In this document: positions 59,083-64,000 of the stretch, piece after piece
Position numbering within the stretch: the first letter of the stretch is position 1
How the letters are laid out: each line of letters begins with the position of its first letter
Assembly (NCBI GenBank): GCA_002269645.1
Contig: NIVC01001304.1
Location: 186,001-250,000 of the forward strand
DNA from: Macrostomum lignano
Taxonomy: Eukaryota
DNA: 64,000 nucleotides
Direction of reading: 5' to 3'
Position numbers and translations under genes: made by a program
The notes under the pieces: generated by a model
Told to the model about the DNA's origin: nothing
What the model saw: only the letters and a program-made list of their open reading frames with translations
The model's database searches: none

Positions 59083-61475
59083 TCAGGTAATTGCTGAACC
59101 AACTTCGCTATCAACAACAATGTCTGGGCGAGACACCAGCTTCTTTTCTGCCTCATCAAGCAGCGGCTCGCTGGCGGCCAGCAGCGGATCGGCAGCCGGA
59201 CGGTAGTCGGGGACGCGGACTCGCAGGCGGTGCGCCAGAGCCCGGCACACCGAGTCGCAGTCCGCCCGGATGGCCACCTGGGCGCGGCGGTCGAATGGCG
59301 TCGCCTGCAGGTTGACGATGGCCAGAGGCGTGCCTGGTGGCCACAGCGAGGGGTAGTGGCGCAGCACCTGGCGGCGGGTAGAAATGGGGGGTGGCAGATC
59401 AGCGGGAAGAACTGCGGGAGGGGTGGCAGATCAGCGGGTAGAACTGGGGGAGGGGTGGCAGATCAGCGGGTAGAACTGGGGGAGGGGTGGCAGATCAGCG
59501 GGTAGAACTGCGGGAGGGGTGGCAGATCAGCGGGAAGAACTGGGGGGGGTGGCAGATCAGCGGGTAGAACTGGGGGAGGGGTGGCAGATCAGCGGGTAGA
59601 AATGGGGGAGGGGTGGCAGATCAGCGGGAAGAACTGAGGGGTGGCAGATCAGCCGGAAGAACTGGGGGGGGTGGCAGATCAGCGGGAAGAACTGGGGGGG
59701 GTGGCAGATCAGCGGGAAGAACTGGGGGGGGTGGCAGATCAGCGGGAAGAACTGAGGGGTGGCAGATCAGCGGGTAGAACTGGGGGGTGGGTGGCAGATC
59801 AGCGGGTAGAACAGAGGGAGGGGTGGCAGATCAGCGGGAAGAACTGGCAGCGGGGAGGTCAGGAAGCGGAGCCCAGGCCCACCTGCAAGCTGGTGCCCAG
59901 ACACAGGATGAGGCGGGCCCGGCTGGCGGCAGCCTCCGCGGCCCGCCACTCATAGACTCGATCGGCGGTGCAGCGGCGGCCGAACTCGCCGAAGTGTACG
60001 ATGGTGTCCAGCAGCCGTCCAGTGCAGCCGCCGCTGCCGCAGACCCGGCCGGTGTCGTGCCGACGCAGGCGGCTGCGCTCGGTGACGTCAAAGCGGCGGC
60101 GGACCAGGCGGCCACAGAGCTCGCAGGCCTCCACAAAGACGTTGCCGTGCAGCTCGGAGAGGCGGCTGGGCGGCACCCCAGATCGAAGATGGAGCCCGTC
60201 GCAGTTCTGCGAGACCACGTGACAGACAAGCGGCAGCTGGACTGGGGTTTCAGCGGGTTCATGCGCTGATGGTGAAGGGAGACCAATTGAAGATGATGAA
60301 GCTGAGGCGGCTGGGAGACCAACCGAAGATGATGAAGCTGAGGCTGGGAGACCAGTCGACGAGGATGAAGCTGAGGAAGCTGGGAGACCAGCCGAAGATG
60401 ATGAAGCTGAGGCGGCTGGGAGACCAACCGATGATGATGAAGCTGAGGCGTCTGGGAGACCAACCGATGATGATGAAGCTGAGGAGGCTGGGAGACCAGC
60501 CGAAGATGATGAAGCTGATGCGGCTGGGAGACCAACCGACGATGATGAAGTAGAGGTTAAAAGTTCAGGCGTAACCAACGATGAGGCTGAGGAGGCTGAG
60601 CCTTCCGCTGACGAAGCCACTGCGGACTCTGAGCAGCCCACCAGTGCAGCGATGAAGCGGTGCGCAAAGGTGGGCCGGGCGGCCTCCACGCCGGGCAGGC
60701 AGAAGCGCGGCAGGGCGCCACGAGGCAGCCGCGTCCACAGGCCGTCAGGGCCACGGTAGTCGGGGATGTCAGCGGCCGTGCTGACGCCGGCGCCCGTGTA
60801 CACCACGCAGCCTCCGGCGGCGCAGCCTGCCAAGAGACTCGCCAGCTGCTCGACTTTGGCGGAAACCTCCGGTGCAGAATCTGGCGTCTCGGTGCGGCGC
60901 GATCGGCGCGCAGCTCGGACGGCGCGCCCGCGAAGGAGGCGCGCGGTGAGCGACTCGCAGACTTCGGCATGACGCTGCAGTTCGGCCTCCTCGGCTGGCG
61001 TCAGCGACTCGCCGTCCAGGCTGCGGCGTGCGAGGCGGCGAAGCTGCGCGGGGTGCAGCAGTGGGAGGGGCGGTCAGTCAGCAGCTGGTAAATCAGGGGG
61101 TGCAGCAGTGGGAGGGGCGGTCAGTCAGCAGCTGGTAAATCAGGAGGTGCAGCAGTGGGAGGGGCGGTCAGTCAGCAGCTGGTAAATCAGGGGGTGCAGC
61201 AGTGGGAGGGGCGGTCAGTCAGCAGCTGGTAAATCAGGGGGTACAGCAGTGGGAGGGGCGGTCAGTCAGCAGCTGGTAAATCAGGGGGTGCAGCAGTGGG
61301 AGGGGCGGTCAGTCAGCAGCTGGCAACTCAAAGACAGTTTGCTCACCTTGGCCTGCAGCACTCGAGTTTCAGTCAGCCGTTTCCTGTCGAGGGCGCAAGA
61401 TCGAGTTGAGCCGGACCGCTGCGGGGTGGCCGGGCTCCGCTTTCCCCCTTCGCTTTGATCATCGGGGCTGTCCAT
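59083..61475 (-). CDS. SIRT7: NAD-dependent deacylase sirtuin 7; exons 61475-61347, 61043-59883 (containing a 405-nt in-frame insertion or intron, 60641-60237), 59367-59083
   Basis: Basic N-terminal helix, VVYTGAGVSTAADIPDYRGPDGLWT, PTFAH, HVVSQNCDGLHLRSG, LSELHGN, zinc CxxC...C...C, FDVTERSRLRRHDTGR, LLDTIVHFGE, LCLGTSLQ|VLRHYPSLW, IVNLQATP, DCD: SIRT7-type rather than SIRT6. Phase-0 GT-AG introns. Confidence 0.92.
59385..59850. repeat. ~29-31-bp minisatellite (GGGGTGGCAGATCAGCGGGAAGAACTG) in a SIRT7 intron
   Basis: Constant GGCAGATCAGCGGG core with variable G runs. Confidence 0.93.
60278..60550 (-). repeat. 36/33-bp frame-preserving repeat (GLPAASASSSSV)n inside the SIRT7 catalytic region
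   Basis: About 8 units, all lengths multiples of 3. Confidence 0.9.
61050..61322. repeat. 47-bp minisatellite in SIRT7 intron 1, ~6 copies
   Basis: GGGGTGCAGCAGTGGGAGGGGCGGTCAGTCAGCAGCTGGTAAATCAG units; period measured at 61054/61101. Confidence 0.93.
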
Positions 61476-61619
61476 GCGACTGAGCTGCCATGAAATGCAG
61501 ATTAGAGTACAAGACAGCTTTACTGAATGTCAACACTCAGTATATGGCCTGCTTATGGACTGCTCAAAAGCTACTTACCCCCGTGTCGGGGTGCACTTAA
61601 AGTGCATTCAGTGGTTATT

Positions 61620-62350
61620 CTAGTCAGGGGATTCTTATAGTGTTTAGGGCCTGTTCACAGTGTGCTCAGGACCTTTTTACAGTGTGCTTAAGACTGTTTA
61701 CAGTGTGCTCAGGGCCTGTTTACAGTGTGTTCAGGACTGTCTACAGTGTGATTAGGGTCTGTACAATGTGTTCAGGGCCTTTTTATAGTGCATTTAGGAG
61801 CTGTTTACAGGGTGTTCATGGTCTGTTAATAGTGTGTTTAAAGTGCACCGGTATACAATAACTTAAGGGCCTATTTCCTGTGTTTTAAGGGCTGTTCACA
61901 GGCTGTTTAGGGCTGCTGACAGTGTGTTTAGGGCTGCTGAAAGTGTGTTTAGGGCAGTTGACAGGCTGTTTAGGGCAGTTGACAGGCTGTTTAGGGCTGC
62001 TGACAGTGTGTTTAGGGCAGTTGACAGGCTGTTTAGGGCAGTTGACAGGCTGTTTAGGGCAGTTGACAGTCTGTTTAGGGCAGTTGACAGGCTGTTTAGG
62101 GCAGTTGACAGTCTGTTTAGGGCTGTTGACAGTGTGTTAAGGGCAGTTGACAGGCTGTTTAGAGCTGTTGACAGTGTGTTAAGGGCAGTTGACAGGCTGT
62201 TTAGGGCAGTTGACAGGCTGTTTAGGGCAGTTGACAGGCTGTTTAGGGCAGTTGACAGGCTGTTTAGGGCAGTTGACAGGCTGTTTAGGGCTGTTGACAG
62301 TGTGTTTAGGGCAGTTGACAGGCTGTTTAGGGCTGCTGACAGTGTGTTTA
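61620..62350. repeat. 21-bp minisatellite (GCTGTTTAGGGCAGTTGACAG), degenerate on the left
   Basis: Homogeneous from ~61900; decayed 20-21-bp units before that. Confidence 0.92.
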
Positions 62351-63607
62351 GGTGTCAACCCTCTGTTGACAGGGTCTTTGGGGACTCAAAGTAACTTTCT
62401 GAAGGCTTTGACCTAGAGACGCGCTCTCTGACTCCCCCCCCTTTCTGGCAACTGCGTGGCTGGCGAGTGAAGTACTTTGTTGTTGTTGACAGGGTGTTTA
62501 GGGCCTTACAGTGCCCGCAGTGAGGATTGGTAGCAGCTAAAAAGGGTTTACGAACTTCAAGGTCCCAAATAATAAAAACAAACTAAACTACAATTACAAT
62601 TGTCGACACAAGCGAGTATTCCTCATAGTGATAAACTCATACGAGTATATTTTTTATTTGACATATTTCCCAGAAATCCTGACACGGGGAAGTTCAACTT
62701 GCATAAACAAGGGGGTCAAAGCCACACGCAGAGGGTAATAGGTATTTAGCGTAAGAAACAGTAAAATAAATCGCAATATCCAACTAGATAGTTTTGCAAT
62801 TTTTTAATTAGTTCAAGGTTCGATTGACTAATATAAAGTATTGCCACTTATTACAGGAGAGCAGCTGTACTTTTACTTGACAGTTTACTAACTATAAAAA
62901 ATAAAAGTACAAACGCAGTCTGGAAACAGGAAACATGGAAACAAGCCATGGAAACAGCTTGTAAATAGGAATACATAGGAACTTAACCAATACAAAGACT
63001 TGCGTGCAATACTACTAGCTCAGAGAATAGTAAGTAGCACAGCACAATACATAGGCTAACATCATTTTTGGCCAATTTTATAACCTACAATTTTAAGGGA
63101 GAATTAAAAAAACGAGATAAAAGTACAGCTCAACATTTATATTAATAAATAAAAGTTATAAATCGATGTTCACAGCTACTAAAAGTAGTTGATTAGCATG
63201 CGAGCGGAATATTAGCGCGGTACGATATAAATACGCTGATAAAAGGCTAATAAAGAAGGCGGGAAAGTCAGCAGCCATGCGTGGAGGGGAGCACACTGCA
63301 GGGACTAAAAGAACCCAAATCAATTAATTCGCAAGGTAAAAATCGCGTACATTTAGGCTGCACAGAGATCGATGAAGGACTGACCCGTGCAGACGGCAGG
63401 GACAAAATAATCAAATTCTATTTGCAACGGAGAATCTTCAGGAAAATCAGGAAAGCTCTAAAATCTGAAATTGCAGCGGAATTGTGAGCGTAAAATTCCG
63501 CGTGAGCTGCCGCTCTGATTTTTACATACACAGGTATATATGGCTGACACCTTGCCAATGTTGCTTTTGCTGAGCGTATCTTCTAGGACTTACCCTACAA
63601 ATAAAAA

Positions 63608-64000
63608 ATCCTGCTCAGAATCTCACCCAAAGAGCTCATAACTCTGCTCAGAATCTCACCCAATGATTTCATAATCCTGCTCAGAATCTCACCCAATGAT
63701 TTCATGATTCTGCTCAGAATCTCACCCAATGATTTCATAATCCTGCTCAGAATCTCACCCATTGATTTCATAATTCTGCTCAGAATCTCACCCAATGATT
63801 TCATAATTCTGCTCAGAATCTCACCCAATGATTTCATAATTCTGCTCAGAATCTCACCCAATGAGTTCACAATCCTGCTCAGAATCTCACCCAATGAGTT
63901 ATTCTGCTCAGAATCTCACCCAATGATTTCATATAATTCTGCTCAGAATCTCACCCAATGATTTCATATAATTCTGCTCAGAATCTCACCCAATGATTTC
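63608..64000. repeat. 33-bp minisatellite (AATTCTGCTCAGAATCTCACCCAATGATTTCAT), runs off the window
   Basis: 11-codon periodicity in the ORF track; ~12 units. Confidence 0.95.

Noticed and set aside
63595-63961. Amphipathic-looking ORFs (LGEILSRIMKS)n
   Set aside because: Translation of the 33-bp satellite at the window edge, with no splice or domain support.

Overview
Eukaryotic (animal) genomic DNA. GC-rich exons are separated by GT-AG introns, most of which are filled by locus-specific minisatellites. This style fits a Macrostomum-like flatworm, but the taxon is an inference. Genes supported by reading frame, splice phase and motifs: the 3' part of a multi-FAS1 (fasciclin/periostin-like) gene (+, <1-3435); a signal peptide-CUB-LDLa-TM (Neto-like) gene (-, 4766/5990-10342); a two-PH-domain adaptor with an AFAP1/SKAP-like N-terminal helix (-, 16158-22056); glycosylasparaginase AGA (-, 22750-24357); a C18orf32/UPF0729-like small protein and a compact MEF2, both inside an apparently identical 8,070-bp tandem duplication (38230-46299 / 46320-54389); and SIRT7 (-, 59083-61475). 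A ~15-kb AT-rich, CpG-poor transposon graveyard (24.5-39.4 kb) holds two mariner relics, two hAT MITEs, a CMC/EnSpm-like element and a PHD-FLYWCH relic. A second CMC/EnSpm-like element lies at 53927-58224. No rRNA, intact tRNA or CRISPR array was found. Strongest leads: the MEF2 duplication with a templated (TTTCTCCAAG)3 junction; an in-frame 135-codon Ser/Ala repeat inside the SIRT7 catalytic core; a solo-LTR-like element with repeated CRE-MEF2-AP-1 modules; a GC-AG splice switch that would toggle a PDZ-ligand tail; and splice acceptors just upstream of every start codon (leader introns from a bidirectional promoter, or SL trans-splicing/operons). Coordinates were read by eye and nothing was database-searched.
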